Assembly: GCA_036439915.1 (NCBI GenBank)
Contig: GCA_036439915.1_3065.1
Reading direction: 5' to 3' (one strand)
Length of the DNA stretch: 64,000 nt
DNA from: a phage
Part shown: one piece after another, positions 54,342 through 63,484 of the stretch
How positions within the stretch are numbered: position 1 is the first letter of the stretch
Layout: each line of letters begins with the position of its first letter
Made by a program: the position numbers and the translations under genes
The notes under the pieces: generated by a model
Database searches by the model: none
Seen by the model: the letters and a program-made list of their open reading frames with translations, nothing else
Told to the model about the DNA's origin: nothing

Positions 54342-54998
54342 ATGGCAGCACCTAGAATATCATTTTCGCCCTCTGATATTCTGTTGGGTGTTCTAGATCG
54401 CTTGTTCAAAGATAACGCTACCGGGAAGGTTCTTGCTTCCCGAGTAGCTGTCGTAATTCTTTTGTTTATAATGGCGATTGTTTGGTATAGGGGAGATAGT
54501 TTCTTTGAGTACTATAAGCAATCAAAGTATGAAACATACAGTGAAATTATTGAAAAGGAAAGAAATGCACGCTTTGAATCTGTCGCCCTGGAACAACTCC
54601 AGATAGTTCACATATCATCTGAGGCAGACTTTAGTGCGGTGTATTCTTTCCGCCCTAAAAACTTAAACTATTTTGTTGATATTATAGCATATGAAGGAAA
54701 ATTACCTTCAACAATAAGCGAAAAATCACTTGGAGGATATCCTGTTGATAAAACTATGGATGAATATACAGTTCATTTAAATGGACGTCATTATTATTCC
54801 AACTCAAAATTTGCTTTTTTACCAACTAAAAAGCCTACTCCCGAAATAAATTACATGTACAGTTGTCCATATTTCAATTTGGATAATATCTATGCTGGAA
54901 CAATAACCATGTACTGGTATAGAAATGATCATATAAGTAATGACCGCCTTGAATCAATATGTTCTCAGGCGGCCAGAATATTAGGAAGGGCTAAATAA
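54342..54998 (+). CDS. t: Holin T
   Basis: 218 aa (T4 holin length); N-terminal TM segment VAVVILLFIMAIVWY; large periplasmic domain. Confidence 0.9.
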   Translation: MAAPRISFSPSDILLGVLDRLFKDNATGKVLASRVAVVILLFIMAIVWYRGDSFFEYYKQSKYETYSEIIEKERNARFESVALEQLQIVHISSEADFSAVYSFRPKNLNYFVDIIAYEGKLPSTISEKSLGGYPVDKTMDEYTVHLNGRHYYSNSKFAFLPTKKPTPEINYMYSCPYFNLDNIYAGTITMYWYRNDHISNDRLESICSQAARILGRAK

Positions 54999-55271
54999 TT
55001 ATTTGTTTGTATACATCTCTAGATATCGATATACACCCTCAAAACCCTCGTTGAATTCGTCGATGAGGGTTTTCTTATCTTCTTGGGTTAATTCAGAAAC
55101 AATTTTACGGAATGAATTCTGATTTAACTTTCTACCTTCATGCGTTACTCCAATCTCATTCAGAAATGCAATAAAATTAGCACGATTCTCAACAATATCT
55201 TCTCTGGAAAATTTAATCAAAATAGATGCAACAGTAATAATTTCACGAACTGTATCAATGTTTTTATTCAT
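54999..55271 (-). CDS. asiA: AsiA anti-sigma-70 factor
   Basis: 90 aa; starts MNKNIDTVREIITVASILIKF as recalled for T4 AsiA. Confidence 0.9.
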   Translation of the reverse strand: MNKNIDTVREIITVASILIKFSREDIVENRANFIAFLNEIGVTHEGRKLNQNSFRKIVSELTQEDKKTLIDEFNEGFEGVYRYLEMYTNK

Positions 55272-55283
55272 TAACTATACCAC

Positions 55284-55436
55284 TCAATTAGTTGACTTTA
55301 TTATAATATCATCAGACACTCGATTTGTAAACTGGTCTGTGTTATTTTCTTCAAAAATTTTTTCTACGAATTCCTTGAACGACTCGCGTTCCTGAGCTAC
55401 ATTATGCTCGATTACCTTTTCAAGATTATGACTCAT
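55284..55436 (-). CDS. Small acidic protein (50 aa), not in ORF track
   Basis: ATG at 55436 overlaps arn stop (ATGA); TGA at 55284-55286. Confidence 0.4.
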   Translation of the reverse strand: MSHNLEKVIEHNVAQERESFKEFVEKIFEENNTDQFTNRVSDDIIIKSTN

Positions 55437-55711
55437 TCGAAATAATCTTCAATTTCGTAATCATGGACGTAAAACATTATAGTTTTTAATACATCATCAA
55501 TACTTTTTCCTGGAGCTGGAATTACATAAAAATATCCCGCCTTTGAGTTATCTTTATAAGTTCCAACCAAGAAATCATTATTCTCGAGATGTAGTTCTTC
55601 AACTAATTCATTAACAATTGAGTGGTATAAATTTGGTAGAAACTTATACAGCTTTTCTAGAATATCAATTTTGATTGTGTATTGAACCACAGACTGAGAA
55701 TCAATAATCAT
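55433..55711 (-). CDS. arn: Arn, anti-restriction (McrBC inhibitor) protein
   Basis: 92 aa (T4 Arn length), between asiA and motA as in T4. Confidence 0.75.
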   Translation of the reverse strand: MIIDSQSVVQYTIKIDILEKLYKFLPNLYHSIVNELVEELHLENNDFLVGTYKDNSKAGYFYVIPAPGKSIDDVLKTIMFYVHDYEIEDYFE

Positions 55712-55794
55712 AGACCTTCCCCTTATGTTTCTGTTTGCGATTAGATTCTTTAAACGCTTTCTTCTTATCCTTATGAACAGAAGCTTTATTAAAA

Positions 55795-56013
55795 TTATGT
55801 TTTGCGACTAAATTGTTCATAATGCTGAATTACCTCTCTTAAACATTTGCATGTGAATGAGAACTTTTTAGCTACACCACATTCAAATATATGTTCTCTT
55901 AAATCACGTGTATCAGTATATCCCATCTCAACAATAAAATGCCTTATTAGATTTTTATCTTTATCATTGAGAGAATTAAAATAATCAGATTTTGAATTAA
56001 TTTCCCTGGCCAA
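55795..56013 (-). CDS. Hypothetical protein (arn.x region)
   Basis: 72-aa ORF. Confidence 0.5.
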   Translation of the reverse strand: MAREINSKSDYFNSLNDKDKNLIRHFIVEMGYTDTRDLREHIFECGVAKKFSFTCKCLREVIQHYEQFSRKT

Positions 56014-56293
56014 ATTGAATCACCTTCAGTTGACGTTTTAATTCTTTTATCATTTCTTCGTTCATCGCAATATAAAGATCGCGTAAAGCAGGTTTTAGCA
56101 TTCCATTTACCGGAGAACTAAATGGGCATACATAATCTTTTCCTACAAGCTTTTTGGTAAATTCCATATCACAAAATTTAAATGCTGGCTCATTCGCATA
56201 AATTCCCCAATTAGTTGACATCATTTTATTGGCATATTCCAGTGCCTGAATTTGATTCATAATTCCATCGATTTGAAACTTTTTAATATTCAT
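55997..56293 (-). CDS. Hypothetical protein (arn.x region)
   Basis: 98-aa ORF. Confidence 0.5.
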   Translation of the reverse strand: MNIKKFQIDGIMNQIQALEYANKMMSTNWGIYANEPAFKFCDMEFTKKLVGKDYVCPFSSPVNGMLKPALRDLYIAMNEEMIKELKRQLKVIQFGQGN

Positions 56294-56754
56294 TAGTAAA
56301 GGTCCTCAGAGTAAAGTTCTTTTTCACTACCACCCCGTTCAATACGTACTTGTCCAGCGTAAGTTGCAATAATCATTGCTTCTTCACGTGTCCAATAATT
56401 ACTATATTGGTCAATAAACCCTTGGTCATCATCACAAACTTGTTGAGTAACTAATTGAGGTTTAACTACATCTAAAACTTCGGCCATATCTTTAGAATAA
56501 TGACGAGCACCTGGAATAATAAGAGTTCGTCCATCTTTTAATTTAAAACGGTTGGCCGCGCAGACAATTCGTCGTTGATACTTTTGGTTTTCATCCCAAT
56601 ATGCAGTCTGCCAACATATTTCAGGAACTTCTTTTAGAATATCTTCTTCTGTGCATTTATAACCATGCGCTTTAAATTTTTCAGCAAGACTTTCTGGAGT
56701 TTCACGAGATAAAGGAACATTCAGCATTTTTAAACGATTGATAAATGGGTTCAT
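56293..56754 (-). CDS. Hypothetical protein (arn.x region)
   Basis: 153-aa ORF. Confidence 0.55.
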   Translation of the reverse strand: MNPFINRLKMLNVPLSRETPESLAEKFKAHGYKCTEEDILKEVPEICWQTAYWDENQKYQRRIVCAANRFKLKDGRTLIIPGARHYSKDMAEVLDVVKPQLVTQQVCDDDQGFIDQYSNYWTREEAMIIATYAGQVRIERGGSEKELYSEDLY

Positions 56755-57080
56755 TTAAACCATCCTTTAATACGTTGCCACAAAGTTTTCTGTTGAGCTT
56801 TGTTAACACCGATTGAGCGAATAACTGGTTGAGATTCCTGGAATTCTTTATAATCGGCAAGGTAAATTTCGTAAGCTGCATCTGTAAAGGAACTTATCGC
56901 TGCCATGAAATTATTGCGAATACCTACTGGAGCATCTTTACTTTCACGAATAATCATGTATTTACCAGTCTTAATCTTTACAATAGTTCCAAGATAAGCT
57001 CCATGGTACCAAATATCCCAACCCTCTTGAGTAGGTTCTGCACAACGACGAAGTTCATTGATAATTTCTAACTTGTTCAT
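56751..57080 (-). CDS. Hypothetical protein (arn.x region)
   Basis: 109-aa ORF downstream of motA. Confidence 0.55.
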   Translation of the reverse strand: MNKLEIINELRRCAEPTQEGWDIWYHGAYLGTIVKIKTGKYMIIRESKDAPVGIRNNFMAAISSFTDAAYEIYLADYKEFQESQPVIRSIGVNKAQQKTLWQRIKGWFK

Positions 57081-57090
57081 TATTTATTCC

Positions 57091-57726
57091 TCACAGTTCA
57101 GATGCTACAGTGATTACTGCTTCAATGTTTTCTTCCGAGCGTTTAATGTCAAGATACACATTACCGTTTTTAGCGATTTTACATGACATTCCGATATCAG
57201 TAAATTTCTGAATATGATGTTCCATCATTTTGTATCCAAAAATTCGCATATTTCCATTGTTGTTAATTTCAAAATTACGAATTCCGTGAGTGCGTTTTTC
57301 TAAAATAGCGAGATAGTTACTACGATAAGTTTCGACCTTTTTAAGAACAAATCCATTTTCATCTAAAAGTTTTAACATGAGGTCTTTATCTTCTTCCATA
57401 TCAGAAGTAATCTCACGAGCTTTACGAGTTGCTCGTTTTTTCAGTAGTTCCGGAGCATTTTCCTGTGCGTATAAAGTTGCTGCATTTGAAATAATATCCT
57501 GAGCTTCACCAGTAATGATTAATCCATCACCTGATTTCTCCACCAGGCCTTTTTTAATCAACACCCCAATATTACTATTAACTACTGCGTTACCTAAATC
57601 TGGATGCACCTCACGAACTTCTGCAGCTGTAATGAAATCTTTCTTAGCAATAGTAATTAAAATCGCAGCAGTTTTTTCATTCAAAACATCGTTAGAAGCT
57701 TTGATGATGTAAGTTACTTTAGACAT
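57091..57726 (-). CDS. motA: MotA middle-transcription activator
   Basis: 211 aa; starts MSKVTYIIKASNDVLNEKTA; early-type promoter upstream. Confidence 0.9.
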   Translation of the reverse strand: MSKVTYIIKASNDVLNEKTAAILITIAKKDFITAAEVREVHPDLGNAVVNSNIGVLIKKGLVEKSGDGLIITGEAQDIISNAATLYAQENAPELLKKRATRKAREITSDMEEDKDLMLKLLDENGFVLKKVETYRSNYLAILEKRTHGIRNFEINNNGNMRIFGYKMMEHHIQKFTDIGMSCKIAKNGNVYLDIKRSEENIEAVITVASEL

Positions 57727-57767
57727 TTTCTAATCTCCGTAATTCTGTATCAGTAGTTGATAGTTGT

Positions 57768-57797
57768 ATAGTACCACAGTATGCTTTGGTTGTAAAC
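57768..57797 (-). promoter_or_regulatory. Early-type promoter for motA (PeSL-like cassette)
   Basis: Minus GTTTAC, 18-nt spacer, TACTAT, A/T-rich upstream; sequence near-identical to 41088-41117 cassette. Confidence 0.55.
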
Positions 57798-57814
57798 CGT
57801 TTTGTGAAAAAAAT

Positions 57815-57849
57815 TTTTGAAATAAAAAAGGGAGAGCCTCGGCTCTCCC
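57815..57849 (-). terminator. Intrinsic terminator after gene 52 operon
   Basis: Stem GGGAGAGC / GCTCTCCC with CTCG loop; U-run on minus strand. Confidence 0.6.
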
Positions 57850-57855
57850 TAAAAA

Positions 57856-58005
57856 TTACTGCATGACTGTGATAACTGTCATGATAACACGTTGAATGCC
57901 GAACGCAAGAAGACCTCCTGCTACGGCTGGAACAACACCTAAACCCGCCAGTAAAATGCTACCGGATACTAATGCAGCGCTTGTAATACCTATGAATGGA
58001 CTCAT
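57856..58005 (-). CDS. Small hydrophobic membrane peptide (49 aa), not in ORF track
   Basis: ATG at 58005 overlaps gene 52 stop; almost entirely hydrophobic. Confidence 0.45.
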   Translation of the reverse strand: MSPFIGITSAALVSGSILLAGLGVVPAVAGGLLAFGIQRVIMTVITVMQ

Positions 58006-59330
58006 TTGATTTCCTCTAAATCTTTAGTGTATTCGGTAACTACATTAGTAGTTTTCCAATATTCGTTTTCTTCTTTCTTAGCTTTAGCTTCTTCAGCAAG
58101 TTTCTTTGCTTCGTCGGAAGTCATATGAAAAATATTCATTCCAACTAGTTTATCAACATAAGAAGAATACATATCGATTTTCGAAAGTTCTTCGGTCAGT
58201 TCTTTGCGAGTTTTACCTTGCACAACGATTTCACCTGAAATTACTTTCTTAATGAAATGTGCCTTGGCAAAGGCTAAACGAAAAGCTGACTCAGTTTCTT
58301 TGATTTTGTTATCAATTCGTTTTTGGACATAAGTTTTACGAACTTCAACAAAGTCTTTAATTAAATCGACTACGTTATCGTAAACTTGTAGTTTTCCTTT
58401 CTCATTAATAACCGTAATATTCTGAGAACGGCGCTCAATTAACCCAAAGTCTTTCATAATTTTTGCATGGCGTTCTTCTTCATTATCGCTCAAAGAATAT
58501 TCTTTACGGAATTTAACTTTAAAGCCAAAACCATGCTCACCACAAGCATCATCCCATGTAATGAAGCCTTTATCTTCAAGTGGGTCTAAGATTTTACTCA
58601 CATAAGTTTCACGATCATACTTATACGGAATCTCAGTGATATGCATTTGAGTTCGTGAAGTAAACTTATATGTTCCACGAATTTCATATTGCCCATCAAT
58701 CTCAACGACTTCACCACGAAATTCTGGGAATTCTACCTTCGGTTTAGTTACTTTCTTTCCTTGAAGAGCTTGTAATACAGCTTTCTTAACAGAAGAAACA
58801 CTATGAGGAAGAATGTAAGTTGCATAACCAGTTGCAATACCGGAAACACCATTAAGAAGAACAGTAGGAATAATAGGCAAATAGAAAGCAGGCGGAATGT
58901 GTTCTTTATCTTGATGTACCGGAGCATATTCAGTATCTTTATATACGTTATAGAAATTTTTACTTACACGAGCAAAAATATAACGACTTGCTGCTGCTTT
59001 TTGGACGGTACGAGAACCAAAGTTTCCTTGACCATCTAACAGAGGAAAATTATTATTCCAAGTGTTAGCCATCAAAGCACCTGCGTCTTGCGCAGAGTTT
59101 TCACCATGATGATATCCAAGGTCCGCTACACCACCTGCAATAGAAGCGAGTTTGTGAAACTTATCTTTATTTCCTCGTGCCAAATCAAGAGCTCGAGCAA
59201 TAACAAATCGTTGAACTGGCTTAAATCCGTCAATCATATTTGGAATGGCACGATTTTCAACCGTGTACATAGCATAAGCCAATGCTTCATTATCAATGAT
59301 ACTTTTTAAATCGCGATTATTCAGTTGCAT
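58002..59330 (-). CDS. 52: DNA topoisomerase II medium subunit gp52
   Basis: 442 aa (T4 gp52 length); GyrA-like N-terminal region. Confidence 0.9.
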   Translation of the reverse strand: MQLNNRDLKSIIDNEALAYAMYTVENRAIPNMIDGFKPVQRFVIARALDLARGNKDKFHKLASIAGGVADLGYHHGENSAQDAGALMANTWNNNFPLLDGQGNFGSRTVQKAAASRYIFARVSKNFYNVYKDTEYAPVHQDKEHIPPAFYLPIIPTVLLNGVSGIATGYATYILPHSVSSVKKAVLQALQGKKVTKPKVEFPEFRGEVVEIDGQYEIRGTYKFTSRTQMHITEIPYKYDRETYVSKILDPLEDKGFITWDDACGEHGFGFKVKFRKEYSLSDNEEERHAKIMKDFGLIERRSQNITVINEKGKLQVYDNVVDLIKDFVEVRKTYVQKRIDNKIKETESAFRLAFAKAHFIKKVISGEIVVQGKTRKELTEELSKIDMYSSYVDKLVGMNIFHMTSDEAKKLAEEAKAKKEENEYWKTTNVVTEYTKDLEEIK

Positions 59331-59334
59331 AAAT

Positions 59335-59481
59335 TTACCATACTAGTGAATGTAGTGCCATAATAACATCAGAAATGAAAAGCACGACTTGAATTAATCC
59401 GAACATTACTCCATAATATAGTGCTACTAATAAAGTAGCAAGGGTTAATGAATAGCCCAAGATTTTCTTAATCATTTTCAT
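59335..59481 (-). CDS. Small membrane peptide (48 aa), not in ORF track (52.1-like position)
   Basis: ATG at 59481, TAA at 59335-59337; hydrophobic. Confidence 0.45.
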   Translation of the reverse strand: MKMIKKILGYSLTLATLLVALYYGVMFGLIQVVLFISDVIMALHSLVW

Positions 59482-59620
59482 TTAATAGCCAAAACAATGA
59501 TAAAATTGCTAATACGCCTTGAGCTGTTGCTTGTAAAAATACTGAAGTTTCTCCAGTTATTACTGTTCCGGCGAATAAAAAGGACCAGCAGAAAAAGGCT
59601 ATACCATAAACAAATTTCAT
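59468..59620 (-). CDS. Small membrane peptide (50 aa), not in ORF track (ac-like position)
   Basis: ATG at 59620, TAA at 59468-59470; hydrophobic; between stp and gene 52. Confidence 0.45.
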   Translation of the reverse strand: MKFVYGIAFFCWSFLFAGTVITGETSVFLQATAQGVLAILSLFWLLNEND

Positions 59621-59627
59621 ATTTTCC

Positions 59628-59708
59628 TCACTGGCGTCCGAAGACGCCTTTAGTTTTAAAATTATTACGATAGAACTGCATCACATGTTCGTTATGGAAA
59701 TTACTCAT
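59628..59708 (-). CDS. stp: Stp peptide (26 aa)
   Basis: Translation [26 protein letters not shown] matches recalled T4 Stp at all but one position. Confidence 0.8.
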   Translation of the reverse strand: MSNFHNEHVMQFYRNNFKTKGVFGRQ

Positions 59709-60166
59709 TAATATGCCTGCAAAACGAATTTAAAGTTATCAGCCAACATACGGTTCATTTCTTCAAGTGTTTGATACTCAGAATGATGATTACGAGTAAA
59801 CGCTAAAGCTAACTGTCCTTTTCCAAATCCCGTCGTCAGAGGTTTCATCTTAGAAGCAGGCAGATAAAACACTGTGTATGGAACATTGTTATTTGCAATA
59901 GTACGTGCAAGCTGAGACCGACGTTGACGAATATGACTTAGAACTGCACTGAATCCTTGCTTAGAACGCTGATTACCTACATAAAATCGTGCTGACACAC
60001 ATGGATTACTAAATGGACGACCATCTAATTTACTCACTAAAAAGTAAAATCCAGGTTTAGATAAAAAGTCTTTATGTGGAACTCCCAAAAACCATTCACC
60101 GTTCTTGATTGTACCAATAACAGTAGCGCCCGCATTATTCAGATCAGTAACAGTCATGTATTTCAT
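59708..60166 (-). CDS. ndd: Ndd nucleoid disruption protein
   Basis: 152 aa (T4 Ndd 151 aa), directly upstream of stp as in T4. Confidence 0.7.
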   Translation of the reverse strand: MKYMTVTDLNNAGATVIGTIKNGEWFLGVPHKDFLSKPGFYFLVSKLDGRPFSNPCVSARFYVGNQRSKQGFSAVLSHIRQRRSQLARTIANNNVPYTVFYLPASKMKPLTTGFGKGQLALAFTRNHHSEYQTLEEMNRMLADNFKFVLQAY

Positions 60167-60225
60167 ATTAATTTCCTCTAATTATTTTCTACTCCAAGGC
60201 CGCATGAATACGCGCGGCCATTAAA

Positions 60226-60441
60226 TTAATCGTCGCAGTCGACGCTCAATTCCCAAAACTCTTCTACAGTATAAGTTTCAGTATCATTTTCAATACAGAA
60301 ACGTTCATTACTGTTATTTGCTAAAGTAGCGTTAACTGTCATTTTCTCGCTGGCGCTCTTAAGAGGTGAAATACGAATTAACTGATCACCGTTATCTAAA
60401 CAGAAAATTTCACCAACTTTTACATCTTTAAAGATTTTCAT
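60226..60441 (-). CDS. Hypothetical protein (ndd.x region)
   Basis: 71-aa ORF. Confidence 0.5.
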   Translation of the reverse strand: MKIFKDVKVGEIFCLDNGDQLIRISPLKSASEKMTVNATLANNSNERFCIENDTETYTVEEFWELSVDCDD

Positions 60442-60556
60442 AATTCACCTCAAGGAGTATAAAATCCGAATGCAGTTGTTGACCATCCCATCCAATATGG
60501 GAAATTTGCACCAATGTAAAACATAAGAATATAAAACCAACCGCTCAGTAAATTCA

Positions 60557-60775
60557 TCATTTTACACCATTCCAAATTGTTTCAACTACGGATTTTAAAC
60601 CATTTTGATGAATATCCATTCCGACTACCGCCATCAAATAGATTCCAACTACAACTGAACCTAAGGCAAAAATCAGCATGAAAATGAATAAAGCCGGAAA
60701 AATATTATCGAAAAACCATTCAATAAATGTAAAAGCACTGCGTTTACGCTTCATATTTTCCTCACATAAATCCAA
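60557..60775 (-). CDS. Small membrane protein (ndd.x region)
   Basis: 72-aa ORF (start may be internal MKRKRS); hydrophobic core. Confidence 0.45.
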   Translation of the reverse strand: MDLCEENMKRKRSAFTFIEWFFDNIFPALFIFMLIFALGSVVVGIYLMAVVGMDIHQNGLKSVVETIWNGVK

Positions 60776-60875
60776 AGTAAACGTTTAATACATCAATCAT
60801 TAAAACGATTGGGAATATACTCAAAACTATTAGTATTATAACTACATTCCATATAGCTTTAACAATCTTTTTCAT
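60762..60875 (-). CDS. Small membrane peptide (37 aa)
   Basis: Internal ATG with SD GGAGG just after promoter cassette; track N-terminus reads through promoter. Confidence 0.45.
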   Translation of the reverse strand: MKKIVKAIWNVVIILIVLSIFPIVLMIDVLNVYFGFM

Positions 60876-60903
60876 TTTCTGTTCCTCCGTAGTTGATAGG
60901 GTA

Positions 60904-60933
60904 ATAGTACCACGGAAGAACAGTCTTGTAAAC
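60904..60933 (-). promoter_or_regulatory. Early-type promoter (cassette family)
   Basis: Minus GTTTAC, 18-nt spacer, TACTAT; leader CAACTACGGAGG shared with 61391-61415. Confidence 0.45.
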
Positions 60934-61117
60934 AACTTTTTAAAAATATTCGTAATAAATGTGAATACCAACTACTACCGCTGAAACCTGTGCAACCCAC
61001 CACGCGCAAGCAATAAGTACAGAATTCATAATTTTCATAATAACCTCATTACAAAAGTAAATGTTAAACAAATTACTGGAATACTAATTAACCAAACAAA
61101 ACACCACCACAGTGAAC

Positions 61118-61381
61118 TCATAGCTCAATCTCAGCGATTTTCATTTCATTACTATTAATAGCCGCTTTAAGACTATCTGAAAGAATTACATTCCAATGGT
61201 CATTCATATGACCACTAACTAAGCGTGTAATTTCTTCGGGAGTTGAAAAATAAGGCGTATCAGACTCCCAATGCGATAATCCTAAGCGAGTATAAATCAT
61301 ACCTTCATCATCGCTAGAATATTCAACTGACACAAACTCATCAGTTATTTTATGTTTAGCGTAATGAAATTTAAATTTCAT
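61118..61381 (-). CDS. Hypothetical protein (ndd.x / denB-proximal)
   Basis: 87 aa from internal ATG with SD GGAGGAG. Confidence 0.5.
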   Translation of the reverse strand: MKFKFHYAKHKITDEFVSVEYSSDDEGMIYTRLGLSHWESDTPYFSTPEEITRLVSGHMNDHWNVILSDSLKAAINSNEMKIAEIEL

Positions 61382-61409
61382 TTTCCGCTCCTCCGTAGTT
61401 GATAGTTGT

Positions 61410-61439
61410 ATAGTACCACGGTCCTTGTGGTATGTAAAC
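61410..61439 (-). promoter_or_regulatory. Early-type promoter (cassette family)
   Basis: Minus GTTTAC, 18-nt spacer, TACTAT, A/T-rich upstream. Confidence 0.45.
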
Positions 61440-61455
61440 CGTTTTGTGAAAATTT

Positions 61456-62013
61456 TTAAATGGAAAGATACCATCCGTTGTAGTTGCTTTTTCTTACAAC
61501 CTTACGAAGGTCTTCTCTGTCACCGATGAACTTCGGAGTGTACTGGATGACACCTGGGTGAATTTCTTTAGTGTTGAATATAATTATACAGTCAGCGACT
61601 TGATGATTTAGAATGGGCCCTAAATTTATTCCAGAACCATATGGATACTCTCCGCTGCATCCCGTTGTTACCGAAATCCAACGCGAGTCAGTTTGATGTG
61701 TCTTAACTTCTACACGAAGCCCGCAGTATCTTGGATGCGCCAATACATCCCATGCGTATGTATACGGGTCATTAACGTCCTCTTGGCCTTTGTTAACATA
61801 CCCGCTTAGCCAATCTGCCACAAAAAACTCTGCGTACACCGCGATACGGCATCTTTCGATAACTTCTGCTTTATCCTGGTTCGGGTTTTGTTTTAAAGAG
61901 TATCTTGCTGTATCAGCAATTTTGACCTTCATTTCACTAGTCAAGTCACTGTTCGATAGGGTAAATGTCGGAATCTGAAATAGTCTCTGTAAACCCGGAT
62001 TCGTTTTCTGCAT
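61456..62013 (-). CDS. denB: Endonuclease IV
   Basis: 185 aa (T4 DenB length), between ndd region and rIIB. Confidence 0.65.
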   Translation of the reverse strand: MQKTNPGLQRLFQIPTFTLSNSDLTSEMKVKIADTARYSLKQNPNQDKAEVIERCRIAVYAEFFVADWLSGYVNKGQEDVNDPYTYAWDVLAHPRYCGLRVEVKTHQTDSRWISVTTGCSGEYPYGSGINLGPILNHQVADCIIIFNTKEIHPGVIQYTPKFIGDREDLRKVVRKSNYNGWYLSI

Positions 62014-62275
62014 TTAGACTTTCCTTTTTACCGCTGAGATAAGCGTTATATACTTTAAGAGTGCCGTAATAAATTCGGTCATTTTCATCTAAAGACTCAC
62101 GGTCAAGTTCATCGAGTTCCTTTTTATCCATGACTATAACATCATTGCAATAAAGAAACCCAAGTTTTTTGTGTCCAAACTCAAATTTATTACAGTACAC
62201 AATATTAGCGTGATGATTACCATGTAGAGAAATTTCTTTTATGTCGGAATCACCGATATTCATACAATAAATCAT
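61946..62275 (-). CDS. Hypothetical protein overlapping denB 5' end
   Basis: 109-aa ORF with SD AAGGTGA; 68-nt overlap with denB. Confidence 0.45.
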   Translation of the reverse strand: MIYCMNIGDSDIKEISLHGNHHANIVYCNKFEFGHKKLGFLYCNDVIVMDKKELDELDRESLDENDRIYYGTLKVYNAYLSGKKESLNAENESGFTETISDSDIYPIEQ

Positions 62276-62292
62276 AATTCACCTTAAAACAA

Positions 62293-62310
62293 AAGGGCCG
62301 AAGCCCTTAT
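62293..62310. repeat. Hairpin AAGGGC-CGAA-GCCCTT, copy 1 of direct repeat
   Basis: 18-bp identity to 62521-62538; flanks the 64-aa ORF. Confidence 0.8.
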
Positions 62311-62311
62311 T

Positions 62312-62506
62312 TTATTTGAATTGTGCAATTCTTTTCTCTAGACACTCAGCATAAGATTTCATTGAGATGAACTGTGAAAGCAGCAGTTCTTGCTCAACTG
62401 CACTAACCGTTAGAAACTTTGCGCTTTCTAAAAATTTGCTCAGTGCATTAATTTTGAGCATTAATTGGTCGTATTCTTCTTTTACTCGTGCTTGATAACC
62501 TAACAT
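62312..62506 (-). CDS. Hypothetical small protein between rIIB and denB
   Basis: 64-aa ORF with SD AAGGAAAA, flanked by identical hairpins. Confidence 0.5.
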   Translation of the reverse strand: MLGYQARVKEEYDQLMLKINALSKFLESAKFLTVSAVEQELLLSQFISMKSYAECLEKRIAQFK

Positions 62507-62520
62507 AATTTTCCTTAGTT

Positions 62521-62540
62521 AAGGGCCGAAGCCCTTATTT
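62521..62540. repeat. Hairpin AAGGGC-CGAA-GCCCTT, copy 2 of direct repeat (overlaps rIIB stop)
   Basis: 18-bp identity to 62293-62310. Confidence 0.8.
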
Positions 62541-63473
62541 AAATTGTTCAGTAACGTCTTCAATTACTTCGTATTGGCAGGTACGCATTTTAGCGTCGTT
62601 GTAATCAATCGGAATTGATACTACATCACGAGGATGAACTTTAACTTTTACAACTCGGCTGGTTGAACCACCGAAGTGACGAATATAAGATTTAGAACAC
62701 ACATGCAGACCACGAGAACAAGTTTGTGTATCATCGTCATTCACACGAGTACGCGGCATTTTAACTACTTTACCAGGACTGTTATCAAAGGTATTTGAGT
62801 GACAGTCAAAGTAATTGCTACGAACTACTTTCCAAGCATAGAAGTAACCATCTTCTGTAATTTCAATATCGTTTGCTACCAAGAAATCAAAAAGTCGAGA
62901 TACCGCTTTCTGGCTTGGGTTTTCCAGCAGATTTTCCAAGAACGGAAAATAAAATTCAAAGTTTTCGCCTTTTTCCATCGAATCAAGAATACGATCAACC
63001 AAACCAGACCGCAATTCAATATTTTGATAGAATAAGCTTCCACCTTCAATTCGAACTTCGCCGGAAATATATTTTTCAACAGCGCGACGAACATTAATTT
63101 TTTGTGCCGCTTCTTCCAGCTTATCCGCTACAAGCAGATTGAGAATTTCCTGGAAGTTTGAATGAGTATTAGGCGTTGCATTATAAGTTACACCATCAAC
63201 AGTAATCGAAATGAATTTTTTAGATGCATTCCAAATAATGTCAGATTTAGCAACTGGAGCAATAACTGCATCGCTATTAACTTTAACTGTAATATCACCG
63301 CTAATAGTAATTTTAGAGTGTTTAGCTTCTTCAGCATTTTTCAAAACACGACGGATTGTATCAACCGATACACCTTGCCAATCAGCCAATTCTTGCTGAG
63401 TATAATTACCGCTTGAATACAGTTTAACAATTTCAGCTTGTTCATTTTTGGTCAGGCATTTAATATTGTACAT
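62535..63473 (-). CDS. rIIB: rIIB
   Basis: 312 aa (T4 rIIB length), downstream of rIIA. Confidence 0.85.
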   Translation of the reverse strand: MYNIKCLTKNEQAEIVKLYSSGNYTQQELADWQGVSVDTIRRVLKNAEEAKHSKITISGDITVKVNSDAVIAPVAKSDIIWNASKKFISITVDGVTYNATPNTHSNFQEILNLLVADKLEEAAQKINVRRAVEKYISGEVRIEGGSLFYQNIELRSGLVDRILDSMEKGENFEFYFPFLENLLENPSQKAVSRLFDFLVANDIEITEDGYFYAWKVVRSNYFDCHSNTFDNSPGKVVKMPRTRVNDDDTQTCSRGLHVCSKSYIRHFGGSTSRVVKVKVHPRDVVSIPIDYNDAKMRTCQYEVIEDVTEQFK

Positions 63474-63484
63474 AATTTTCCTTA

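Noticed and set aside
62293-62540. CRISPR array suggested by repeated GGGCC-loop-GGCCC hairpins
   Set aside because: Hairpins are at gene boundaries with irregular spacing from 200 bp to several kb; they behave as terminators or RNA stability elements.
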